Below, piece by piece: positions 1 through 7,950 of a stretch of DNA of 32,155 nucleotides; the first letter of the stretch is position 1; each line of letters begins with the position of its first letter. A model generated the notes under the pieces. The model searched no databases and had not been told where the DNA came from. It saw nothing but the letters and a program-made list of their open reading frames with translations. The DNA lies in NCBI GenBank assembly GCA_041487695.1, contig JBGPNV010000003.1, forward strand, positions 1 through 32,155, given 5' to 3'. The translations under genes and the position numbers were made by a program. Origin of the DNA: Thermoplasmata archaeon (GTDB taxonomy: Archaea; Thermoplasmatota; DTKX01; DATEUP01).

Positions 1-532
1 CGAGGTCCAGCTGCGGGTGCGCGCGACGGGCCTCAACCGCCTCGACCTGTGGACCCTTGCCGGGATCCCGGGCGTCAATGTGCCGCTGCCGCACATCGGC
101 GGCTCGGACATCGCGGGCGACCTGAGCGCCCTCGGCGAGGGCGTTCAAGGGTGGAAGCTCGGCGAGCGTGTGGTCGTGAACCCCTCGCTTTGGTGCGGCA
201 CGTGCGAGTTTTGCAAGCGCGGGGACGAGAACTACTGCCGGGAGTACGGGATCATCGGCGAGCACATCGACGGCGGCTTTTCGGAGTACTTCACGTGCCC
301 CACGAAGCACCTCCTGCGGATGCCCAGGGACGCCGCCTACGAGGAGGCGGCCGCGGCCGCGCTCGTCTACCAGACGGCCTGGAGGGCGGTCGTGGTCCGC
401 GGGGGGCTGCAGCCCAGCGAGTGGGTCCTCGGGACCGGCGCCTCGGGCGGCGTGTCGACGGCGGCAATCCAGATCGCGAAACTTGCCGGCGCGCGCCCGT
501 GGATGAGCGCGAGCATGCGCGGGAGCGGGTAG
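1..532 (+). pseudogene. Zn-dependent alcohol dehydrogenase / MDR family, 5'-partial and 3'-truncated
   Basis: GSD variant of the GHE motif (PHIGGSDIAG), structural-Zn cluster CGTCEFC-x7-C and GASGGV nucleotide-binding loop. Similarity ends abruptly after AKLAGAR (~496), roughly half of a normal MDR. The frame is open from the window edge. Confidence 0.8.
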
Positions 533-2019
533 AGGTCGATCGGGTCTTCCTCGGCGCCGAGGACCTCGAGCACCGCGCTCCACTTGAGCCCCTGCCGCGG
601 GACCTTGAACGGGTGGATCTCGTGCCACATGTGGTCCTCGAAGGCCTTCGCGTCGCCTTCCTTGGCCTCGCCCTCGGCCACCTTCGCGCGCCAGGAGACG
701 TACGCGGAAAGCAACCGCCAGATGCGCTGGTCTTGCGCCTCGACCCCGAGCTCGTCGAGGGGTTTGCGCGCCTCCTTGTAGAGGTCGCCTTCGAGGAGCT
801 TGTCGACCCCTTCGAAGATCTCGCGCATCCCCGGCTCGAGGGTCCGCACGATCGTGATGAGCGTCTTGCGGTACTCCGCCTCGTCGCCGAGCATTCGGTA
901 GAACTCCTCGTCGAACTCAAGCTGGATGGGCTTGGCGACCTCCGGGTCGAAGCGCTCCTTGCGCTCGAACTCCTCGCGGTACGCGCTCCGCCACGACTCG
1001 GCCTCGGCGCGGTGCCCCGCGAGAATCGCCAGGTGGGCGCGCAGTTTGTAGTAGGTGGGCCCGCGCTGCTCTTTCCAGTGCTCCATGATGAGGGGCTTTG
1101 CGAGCTCGAACATCTCGCGCGCGCCCTTGAAGTCGCCGGCAACCGTGAGGTGCACGCCGGCCTCCATCATGCACTCCATCGGGCGGAACGCCTCCCATTT
1201 CTCGTTGGGGGCGACGAGGAGGCGCGCCACGTCGGCCTCGCAAGAGGCCCAGCGGCCGAACGCCTCGAGGAAGAGCGCGTCGTCCTGCAGGTCAAGGGAC
1301 TGGGACAGCGCGCGCTCGAACGCCGTCCTCGAAAGCTCGTAAGGGTCGGCCTTGCGGTCTTCGACGAGGCGCCTTGCCCGCTCGCCCTCGGCCATCGCTT
1401 CACCGACCGCCACGCGCCGCCACCCTGCGGCGCCCTCCGTGTCCTTGAGGCGCGTGCGCAGCTCCGCGAGGAACTCCGCGTCGTCGAGGGCCTCGCCGTG
1501 GCGCCCGTCCGTGCGCGCCTTCTCGAGTCGGGCTTTGGCCGCCGCCTCCGCCCGTCCGAGCGTTTCGCGGCCCCGCGCCTGGCGACCGGCAAGCGCCTCC
1601 AAGTCGAAAGCGCGCAGCGGGGAGGTCGTCCGCCGCCCCTCGATGAGCCGCGTGCCCGGGCTCGGATCGCGCGCGACGGCCTCGCCGTAGACGTCGGCCG
1701 CCCTTGCGAATTCCTTCACCTGCTCGAAGAGCAAGGCCGCCTTGATGAGGTGCTCCGTCGCGCCTTTCGCGTCGACCTCGGGCGCTCGGGCAAGCTCGAG
1801 GTTGATCTCGGCCGCACGGATTCCGCAGCGGTGCGCGGCCTCAAAGTTGCCGTTCTTGAGGTGCCCCAGCATGTCGATCTCCCAGTCGATGCTGGGGTTC
1901 TTGCGCGTGAGGTTGTAGGCGGCTTGGACGGGGTCGAAGCCGCGGTCGGTCGGGATCAGGGAGCCGTCCTCGGCCGACCCACAAAGCGGCACGTATAAAG
2001 CGGTTGGGACGGCCGCCAT
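367..2019 (-). CDS. Large helical-repeat (TPR/SNAP-like) protein, paralogue of 3054..4766; last ~40 codons probably read-through across a junction
   Basis: Host-like codon usage. ATG at 2019 (MAAVPT). Ala/Glu/Leu-rich helical repeats such as AALLFEQVKEFARAADVYGEAVA, with collinear motif matches to the 3054..4766 protein. Confidence 0.75.
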   Translation of the reverse strand: MAAVPTALYVPLCGSAEDGSLIPTDRGFDPVQAAYNLTRKNPSIDWEIDMLGHLKNGNFEAAHRCGIRAAEINLELARAPEVDAKGATEHLIKAALLFEQVKEFARAADVYGEAVARDPSPGTRLIEGRRTTSPLRAFDLEALAGRQARGRETLGRAEAAAKARLEKARTDGRHGEALDDAEFLAELRTRLKDTEGAAGWRRVAVGEAMAEGERARRLVEDRKADPYELSRTAFERALSQSLDLQDDALFLEAFGRWASCEADVARLLVAPNEKWEAFRPMECMMEAGVHLTVAGDFKGAREMFELAKPLIMEHWKEQRGPTYYKLRAHLAILAGHRAEAESWRSAYREEFERKERFDPEVAKPIQLEFDEEFYRMLGDEAEYRKTLITIVRTLEPGMREIFEGVDKLLEGDLYKEARKPLDELGVEAQDQRIWRLLSAYVSWRAKVAEGEAKEGDAKAFEDHMWHEIHPFKVPRQGLKWSAVLEVLGAEEDPIDLYPLPRMLALIHGRAPASFAIWIAAVDTPPEAPVPRTHSLGCSPPRTTTALQAVW

Positions 2020-2085
2020 GGGCGCCTGGGGCCTTCCGGGTCGGCCCCCAGGGGATTTTTGGCTCCCCAGGAATATTGGAGAAGC

Positions 2086-2092
2086 TTTTAAT
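2086..2092 (+). promoter_or_regulatory. TATA-like box for the first receiver gene
   Basis: TTTTAAT preceded by purine-rich GGAGAAG (BRE-like) in an otherwise GC-rich intergenic region. Confidence 0.5.
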
Positions 2093-2146
2093 CCAAGGCG
2101 GCCGGCTAGATGAGACCCGCTGGCTCGCCGGCCAGGGGGTTTTCTA

Positions 2147-2530
2147 ACGGGACGCATCCTCGTCGTGGACGATGAGCCCTACATCCAGGAACTCTACGAG
2201 GCCATGCTCCCCATCGCCGGCCACACGATCGTCGACTCGGCCTACAACGGCCAAGAGGCGGTCGCGAAATTCGACGGCCTTGCCGCGAAGCCCGACATCG
2301 TCCTCATGGACCACCGGATGCCCGTAAAGAGCGGCCTCGAGGCTACGCGCGAGATCTTGGCACACGACCCGAGCGCGAAGGTGCTCGTAATCTCGGCCGA
2401 CGCGAGCGTGCAGCCCCGCTGCTCACAGTTTGGGGCCGCCGGTTTCCTCGAGAAACCCTTCACGATGGACGCCCTCTTCAAGACAATCGAATTGACGATC
2501 CGCGCGCCGATCGTGCGCGTGGCCCCCTAA
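2147..2530 (+). CDS. Single-domain CheY-like response regulator (probable ACG start)
   Basis: RILVVDDE, PDIVLMDHRMP (phospho-Asp), ISAD and FLEKPF receiver motifs. The conserved beta1 strand lies upstream of the GTG at 2165, and there is an in-frame stop at 2111. Confidence 0.92.
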   Translation, partial: TGRILVVDDEPYIQELYEAMLPIAGHTIVDSAYNGQEAVAKFDGLAAKPDIVLMDHRMPVKSGLEATREILAHDPSAKVLVISADASVQPRCSQFGAAGFLEKPFTMDALFKTIELTIRAPIVRVAP

Positions 2531-2599
2531 AAGCGCGTTTTTCGCGAACGGGCGGCCGCGGACGATTTTTCCGTGAATGGGCGGCCCTCCCAGCATACC

Positions 2600-2606
2600 T
2601 TTTTAT
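2600..2606 (+). promoter_or_regulatory. TATA-like box for the second receiver gene
   Basis: TTTTTAT about 63 nt upstream of the inferred start, with GGAGGT SD at 2657-2662. Confidence 0.5.
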
Positions 2607-2668
2607 TCGCACATCCTTCCTTTCCATCGCCACGCGTGCGAAACCAAGCGTGGGGTGGAGGTTTCGCG

Positions 2669-3052
2669 CTGGCACGGATCTTCGTTGTGGACGACGAGGT
2701 CTACCTCCAGGACCTCTACGCCGACCTGCTTGGCATCGTCGGGCACACGATTGTGGACACGGCCTTCAACGGCGAGGAAGCCGTCCTCAAGTTCGAGGCG
2801 ATGGAGGAGAAGCCCGACCTCATCATCATGGACCACCGGATGCCGATCAAGAACGGCATGGAGGCGACGCGCGAAATCCTCGAGATCGAGCCCAAAGCGA
2901 AGATCCTCTTCATCTCGGCCGATGTGAGCCAAGAGGACAAAGTCCAGGCCATCGGTGCGGTGGGCTTCCTCGAGAAGCCCTTCCCGATGGACAAGCTCTT
3001 CCGGATCCTCGACGGCGTGCTGAACGGCGCGCAAGCGAAGGCGCCGGCTTAG
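2669..3052 (+). CDS. Single-domain CheY-like response regulator (probable CTG start)
   Basis: RIFVVDDE, PDLIIMDHRMP, ISAD and FLEKPF. Clear tandem paralogue of 2147..2530. SD GGAGGT 6 nt before CTG. Confidence 0.92.
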   Translation: MARIFVVDDEVYLQDLYADLLGIVGHTIVDTAFNGEEAVLKFEAMEEKPDLIIMDHRMPIKNGMEATREILEIEPKAKILFISADVSQEDKVQAIGAVGFLEKPFPMDKLFRILDGVLNGAQAKAPA

Positions 3053-3053
3053 G

Positions 3054-4766
3054 TCAGGGCCTCTCCTTTGGCGCGCGCGCGCGGGCGAATTGCAGCGTGT
3101 CGGCGAAGGTCGTAAATTCCGCCGGCGGGTCCATTTCGATGAGCGCGCGCTCGATGAGGGGCCACTCGTAGCCGAGCGCCTTGGGGTCGAAGGGCGCCTC
3201 GCGGCGCGCGAAGTACTCGGCAGCCGCCTCCGGGCGCTCGCCCCGGCCGTCGCGGTGGAACGCGAGCGAGCGGGCGTGCAGGGCCTCACGCAGGAGCGCG
3301 GGGTCGGACCCCGCGCGCTCGAGGAAGCCTACGGCCTCGTCGAGCGACTCGCGCGATGACCCCCAGGCGCCCGCCTTCGCGAGCGCCGCGGCGCGCTCGA
3401 GCGCTTCGGCCGCGCCCTCGAGGGCGGCGACCCGCAAGATCTCCACGACTTCAAGGTGGCGCTTGATGTCGCCCTTGCGCCTATAGAAGGCCTCGCGGAG
3501 GATGAGTTGGCGGACGCGCGCGGACGGGTGGTCTTCGTGGACGCCGGCGGCCTGGATGAGAGACTTGGCAAGCCCCGCGGCGTTCTTGAGGTGCGTCTCG
3601 GCGCGCTCGGGGTCGGCGTGGGGCCCTTTGAGGAGGAAGAGGGCGAAGGCCACTTCGTCGAGGGGGCGCCGATCGGCCTTGGAGTACTTGGGCGAGACCT
3701 CGTAGGCGCGCGCGAAGCACTCCTCGGCCGACGGCCAGTTGCCAAGATGCTGGAAGCGGCGGCCGGCCTCGAAGAGGAGGCGCACGCCGTCGGCGCGCTT
3801 CTCGACGGGGACGCTGCCTTCCATGAGGGCGAGAGCCGCATCGAGGAGCGCGCGGGCCGCGCGCCCGTACGTTTCGATGCACAGGGCATCGTCGCGCGTG
3901 CGCACTGCCTGCGTGATCGCGGCGTCGGCAAATTGGATGGCCCTTTCGGCCGCCTCGCCCGACGGGAGGTCGCGCGCTTCGCGCTTCACGAGCGCGAGGG
4001 CAAGGTCCACGGCACCCATGCGCGCCTGGCGCTCCCCGGGCTTGTTGCCCGCAAGGGCGCTCGCCTCCGCGAGCGCCTGGGCATCGTCGAAGGCGGCGGG
4101 AAGCTCGGCGCGCGTGACCTGGCGCTCGAATCGCCGCGTCACATCCAGGATGAATGCGTCGTTGACCGCGCGCGCATCGCCCTCTTTGGCCGCCGCGAGC
4201 AGGAGGACGGCGAGCTTCACGCGGTGGGCGCCGCGGGACGGCTGCATCAAGCGGGCTTTGGCAAAGGAGTCTTCGCCGAGGGCCACAGCGCGGGCGTAGG
4301 AGCCGGCGGCGCGGTCGAAACGGTGGGCGCCGACGAACGCGTCGCAGGCGCGAAGGAGCCGCTCCTTTTGTCGCGGGCGCTCGTCGTCGGAGGCCTCGAG
4401 CCACCGTTCGGCCGCCTCGGAGCCAAGCGCCCGGGCCTCGGCCTCCCGCCCGCAAGCGCGCCAGACGGCGGCGGCCCGCTCCAGGGCAAGCGCGCGGGGC
4501 GCGGCGACGTCGGCGTCCTCGTGGGACACGGCCCGGCGGGCCACCCGCTCGACGGTTTCTGCGGCCGCCTCGCGCTCGGAGGCCGGCGCCTCGCAGTCCT
4601 CGAGGATGCAGGCACGCGCGTACGCGGCAAGGAGCGCGGCCTCGACCTCGACGAGCGGTGCGCCGTCAGGGAGGGCCGTCTTTTCCGCAAGGGATAGGCA
4701 GGCGCGCCTCACCTCCCCGGGCACATCGAGGGTCATCCGGGGAACGGCGCGCGGGACTTCGGCCAT
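3054..4766 (-). CDS. Large helical-repeat (TPR/SNAP-like) protein
   Basis: SD GGAGG 7 nt before the ATG at 4766. Repeats such as FEAGRRFQHLGNWPSAEECFARA. Paralogous to 367..2019. Confidence 0.8.
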   Translation of the reverse strand: MAEVPRAVPRMTLDVPGEVRRACLSLAEKTALPDGAPLVEVEAALLAAYARACILEDCEAPASEREAAAETVERVARRAVSHEDADVAAPRALALERAAAVWRACGREAEARALGSEAAERWLEASDDERPRQKERLLRACDAFVGAHRFDRAAGSYARAVALGEDSFAKARLMQPSRGAHRVKLAVLLLAAAKEGDARAVNDAFILDVTRRFERQVTRAELPAAFDDAQALAEASALAGNKPGERQARMGAVDLALALVKREARDLPSGEAAERAIQFADAAITQAVRTRDDALCIETYGRAARALLDAALALMEGSVPVEKRADGVRLLFEAGRRFQHLGNWPSAEECFARAYEVSPKYSKADRRPLDEVAFALFLLKGPHADPERAETHLKNAAGLAKSLIQAAGVHEDHPSARVRQLILREAFYRRKGDIKRHLEVVEILRVAALEGAAEALERAAALAKAGAWGSSRESLDEAVGFLERAGSDPALLREALHARSLAFHRDGRGERPEAAAEYFARREAPFDPKALGYEWPLIERALIEMDPPAEFTTFADTLQFARARAPKERP

Positions 4767-4790
4767 CGTGTTTCCTCCAGGACGTTCCAT

Positions 4791-5192
4791 TCAAACGGCG
4801 CCTGTCGGGAGGAAAGCGGCGGCGTCAAAGTCGACGGAGGGGAGGCGCACCGCTGAGGCCGCCGCCTGTTTGGACTGCACCATCCGGATCGCATCGAGGG
4901 CCGCCGTCGCGTCGCGGTCGAGCTGGGCGAGCCTCACGCCGCGGTGTCGGCTCCCGTACTTGCGGGTCTTGCGCAGCCCCCGGTCGAGCAGCGCCACGGC
5001 GCCCCGAAGGTTCCCCCGGTTGAAGTGCTCGCAGCCCACGGCGATCTGGATCAGCCCTTGGAGGAACTGCCGCTCGGCGGGCGGCTGGGCGTTCCAAACG
5101 TCCTCCCAGACCTCGTGGCAGTCGAAAAACTGCCCGGCGTTGAAGAGCTCGGCCCCTTCGGCCATGAGGCGGCGCTCCTCCGAGGCGTCCAC
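4791..5192 (-). CDS. DUF309 domain protein
   Basis: LFNAGQFFDCHEVWEDVW...FLQGLIQIAVG...H...GN..GA..LL signature. GTG start at 5192 is inferred. Confidence 0.88.
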   Translation of the reverse strand: MDASEERRLMAEGAELFNAGQFFDCHEVWEDVWNAQPPAERQFLQGLIQIAVGCEHFNRGNLRGAVALLDRGLRKTRKYGSRHRGVRLAQLDRDATAALDAIRMVQSKQAAASAVRLPSVDFDAAAFLPTGAV

Positions 5193-5337
5193 GGTCGCAG
5201 GCGAGGGCCGCGGGCAAGATGAACGTGGCGGAAGGGGCTCACCCTCCCCCGCGTTTCGCGGGGGGCAGAACCGGGACAAAAGAGTTTATCCCTCGCCCGG
5301 GCAAACCGAGTTTCCGCGTTGGACAAGGGGTGGGACG

Positions 5338-5562
5338 CTGGCGGGCACGGACGCGACGGCGAAGAACTTCTGCCGCCACTGCGGAAGGCCCACGCTCTCG
5401 GCGACAGACCGGCTCAAGGTGGGGGGCGTGGACTACGAGGTGGTGTACTGCTCCGAGTGCGGCATCGCAAGCAGCGGGTTTAGGCTCGCGCGCGACGGCT
5501 CCCGCGAAGGTCCGGCCGACACCCTCTTGTTGCGGCGGCTCCACAAGCCCGAGAAGAAGTGA
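5338..5562 (+). CDS. Small Zn-ribbon protein (CxxC-x21-CxxC), probable CTG start
   Basis: FCRHCG and YCSECG knuckles. TTTATC TATA-like at 5285 and GGGGTG SD 5 nt before CTG. This is the coding-like 3' end of the long ORF 4606..5562. Confidence 0.72.
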   Translation: MAGTDATAKNFCRHCGRPTLSATDRLKVGGVDYEVVYCSECGIASSGFRLARDGSREGPADTLLLRRLHKPEKK

Positions 5563-5585
5563 GATTGCGCCCTCGCGAAGTGACC

Positions 5586-5593
5586 TTCAAATA
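5586..5593 (+). promoter_or_regulatory. TATA box of tRNA-Met
   Basis: TTCAAATA about 40 nt upstream of the mature tRNA. Confidence 0.5.
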
Positions 5594-5631
5594 GGGCGCG
5601 CCCGGTGCTGCGCGTGCGCCGCCTTTCCCAC

Positions 5632-5736
5632 GCCGCGGTGGCTCAGCCCGGCGGAGCGAGGGACTCATAGGGCGTGTGGGGCGACCTGCGCGCCGGAGAG
5701 ATCCCTAGGTCGAGGGTTCAAATCCCTCCCGCGGCA
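5632..5736 (+). tRNA. tRNA-Met(CAT), elongator type, with a 31-nt intron (5670..5700) at position 37/38
   Basis: Acceptor GCCGCGG/CCGCGGC, D arm GCTC/GAGC, anticodon stem AGGGA/TCCCT, CAT at 5666-5668, T arm GAGGG-TTCAAAT-CCCTC. The intron folds into a GCGA-capped hairpin with a BHB-like junction. Confidence 0.93.
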
Positions 5737-5848
5737 CCTCGCGCTTTCTTGAGGCCACGTCCCGCTCACGCGACTGCGGGGAAAGTCTGCCGACCTTGAG
5801 AGAGGGTGGGACGACAACTTTTAACCGCGGCGCGCCCTCGACGAACCG

Positions 5849-6652
5849 ATGGTAGGAGCGCGCGGGGCCGCAAGGAGCCGGGAAGCAAACGCACCGTTGG
5901 CCGGCCGCGTCGCGCTCGTCACGGGGGCCGCCCGCGGGCTCGGGGCGGACGTGGTCCGGCGCCTCCACGCCGAGGGTGCCTCGGTCGCCTTTTCCTACCT
6001 GAGCTCGAAGGCCCCCGCCGAGGCGCTGCTCAAGGAGCTCGGGGGGACGAAGCGCGCGCTCGCCGTGCGCGCGGATGTCTCGCGGGAGGCCGACACGCGC
6101 AGGCTTGTGGCGGCAGTCCTCGCGGAGTACGGGCGCCTTGACTTCCTGGTCAACAATGCCTCCTACTCGAACGACGCGCTGTGGAATGCGCCGTTCGAGC
6201 GGGTCGAGAGCAGGCAATTCGCGCGGGTCCTCGAGGTCGACGTGGTCGGAACGTTCAACATGTGCAAGCACGCGGCCGGCCCGATGCGCAAGCAAAAATT
6301 CGGCCGGATCGTGAACTTCTCGAGCGCGGCCTCGCTTGCCGGGGACGAGACGATGGTCGCGTACAGCCCGGCGAAGGTGGCCGTCGTGGGGCTCACGCGT
6401 AGCCTTGCCCGTGCGCTTGCCCGCGACGGGATCACCGTGAACGCCGTGGCGCCTGGCTCGATCGACACGGGCTGGATCGAACGGTGGGGGCTCACGAAAA
6501 AGGAAATTGCCGAGACGATCGCGGAGATCCCGATGGGGCGCATCGGCACGCCCGCCGAGGTCGTGGAGGCGGTCATGTTCCTGCTTTCCGAGAGCGCCGG
6601 GTTCATCACGGGCCAGACCTTGCCGGTCGACGGGGGCGTGACCGTTGGGTAG
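5849..6652 (+). CDS. SDR family NAD(P)-dependent oxidoreductase (FabG-like)
   Basis: TGAARGLG, NNAS, catalytic S and YSPAK, ITGQTLPVDGG. TTTTAA at 5819-5824 lies about 25 nt before the ATG (leaderless geometry). Confidence 0.92.
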   Translation: MVGARGAARSREANAPLAGRVALVTGAARGLGADVVRRLHAEGASVAFSYLSSKAPAEALLKELGGTKRALAVRADVSREADTRRLVAAVLAEYGRLDFLVNNASYSNDALWNAPFERVESRQFARVLEVDVVGTFNMCKHAAGPMRKQKFGRIVNFSSAASLAGDETMVAYSPAKVAVVGLTRSLARALARDGITVNAVAPGSIDTGWIERWGLTKKEIAETIAEIPMGRIGTPAEVVEAVMFLLSESAGFITGQTLPVDGGVTVG

Positions 6653-7316
6653 CCCGCCGTCTCGCGCGCCACCGGCGGCGGTCGTGATGCTGTCGGGCGG
6701 GCTCGATTCGGCCGTCGCCCTTTTCTGGGCCCGGGCCGAAGGCTACACGCTCCTGCCGCTCTCGATCGAGTTTGCCGGCCGGCCCGCGCGCGAGCTCGAG
6801 GCGGCGGCCGCAGTCGCGCGCGCGGCGGGCGCAGGGCCCCTTGCGAAAATGCCGCTGCCCTTCGTGCGCCTCGCGCACGAGCTGCCGTCGTACAAGACCC
6901 CGAAGCGGCCCGTCCCCTACGGCTACATCCCGCTGCGCAACCTCCTGTTCTACACGCTTGCGGCGTACCATGCCGACGCAAACGGCGCGCGGTTCGTCGT
7001 GGGCGGGCACCTGCTCGAGGACGCGCAGGACTTCCCCGACGCCTCGCCGAAGTACTTCGCAGAAATGAACGACCTCATCGCGCGGTCGACGAACGGCTGG
7101 GGCCTGGCCGGCTCCCCCGAGGTGCAGCTGCCGTTCTCGGGGCTGAAGAAGGAGGAAGTCGTCGCGATCGGGCTCAAGCTCGCCGTCCCCTTCGAACTCA
7201 CATGGTCGTGCTGGGTCGACGGCGATGCGCCCTGCGGCGCGTGCGCGTCTTGCAAGGACCGCCGCGAGGCCTTCGAAAAGGCCGGGATCAGCGACCCGGC
7301 GGCGGCTCGGCCGTAG
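6645..7316 (+). CDS. queC: 7-cyano-7-deazaguanine (preQ0) synthase
   Basis: PP-loop SGGLDS, YIPLRNLLF, FPD, and C-terminal Zn site TWSC-x6-CGACASC-xxR. Start overlaps the SDR stop. Confidence 0.88.
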   Translation: MGSPPSRAPPAAVVMLSGGLDSAVALFWARAEGYTLLPLSIEFAGRPARELEAAAAVARAAGAGPLAKMPLPFVRLAHELPSYKTPKRPVPYGYIPLRNLLFYTLAAYHADANGARFVVGGHLLEDAQDFPDASPKYFAEMNDLIARSTNGWGLAGSPEVQLPFSGLKKEEVVAIGLKLAVPFELTWSCWVDGDAPCGACASCKDRREAFEKAGISDPAAARP

Positions 7317-7950
7317 GCACGGCAGGGGCCGCTTCCGCTCCTGTTTGGGCCTCCCCGTCGTCGGGAGAGTCCCTCCCGTCGCCGTCCTCGCCCTCACCGT
7401 CCTCGCTGGGGGGCGGCACGCGGAGCCCCGCACGGACAAAGAAAAACCAGCCGAGCGCCAAGCCCGCGGTGGCGGGGAAGATGAAGAGGAGGATGCTCGT
7501 GTCGGGGGGCGGGGCGTTGAGGACGAAACTGTACGTCAGGAAGACGCTGAAGTTGTAGGGGTTCTCGAAGTAGATCATGTAGCTTGCAGCCTCTGGCACA
7601 GTCCAGTTGTCCCGAAGGCCGGACACGGTCCTGTTGTAGTAGACCTTGTACCCGGTGAGCCCCGCGTGCGTGTGGATCTCGAAGAGGATGGGGGCGCCCG
7701 TCCCGTTGTTGACGGCAAATTCGACGCGGAGGGTGTCGCCGACGGAGGGCGGCAGCCCGATCTGGTCGAGGTAGGCATGCAGCGTATAGTTCGGGGAACC
7801 CCAGGGCGCGAGCGTCTGGTTCCCCGATTGGTAGAGGGGGGCCGAGCCGGCAAGGTGGGCGCTTGCCGGGCCCGCGGCGGAAAGGCTCAACAGCAGGGCA
7901 ATGGCGGCAAGGATGGCCCGGCAGGCATGGGGGGTTCGCACGCCCTTCAC
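7288..7950 (-). CDS. Exported membrane-anchored protein with predicted mature N-terminal His; last gene of the copper operon
   Basis: GTGA overlap with the upstream stop. Signal peptide ends ASA|HLAG, followed by a beta-rich domain with an EIHTH motif, a C-terminal TM and an acidic tail. Only this 3' part of ORF 7288..9348 looks coding. Confidence 0.75.
   Translation of the reverse strand: MKGVRTPHACRAILAAIALLLSLSAAGPASAHLAGSAPLYQSGNQTLAPWGSPNYTLHAYLDQIGLPPSVGDTLRVEFAVNNGTGAPILFEIHTHAGLTGYKVYYNRTVSGLRDNWTVPEAASYMIYFENPYNFSVFLTYSFVLNAPPPDTSILLFIFPATAGLALGWFFFVRAGLRVPPPSEDGEGEDGDGRDSPDDGEAQTGAEAAPAVPTAEPPPGR

Noticed and set aside
49-1998. 649-aa plus-strand ORF
   Set aside because: Antisense shadow of the helical-repeat gene in high-GC DNA, Arg/Gly-rich with no motifs.
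6645-7316. QueC as part of a Dpd or QatABCD defence system
   Set aside because: It has the short canonical length and motifs, and no dpdA, TatD or ATPase neighbours. A tRNA-modification role is more likely.
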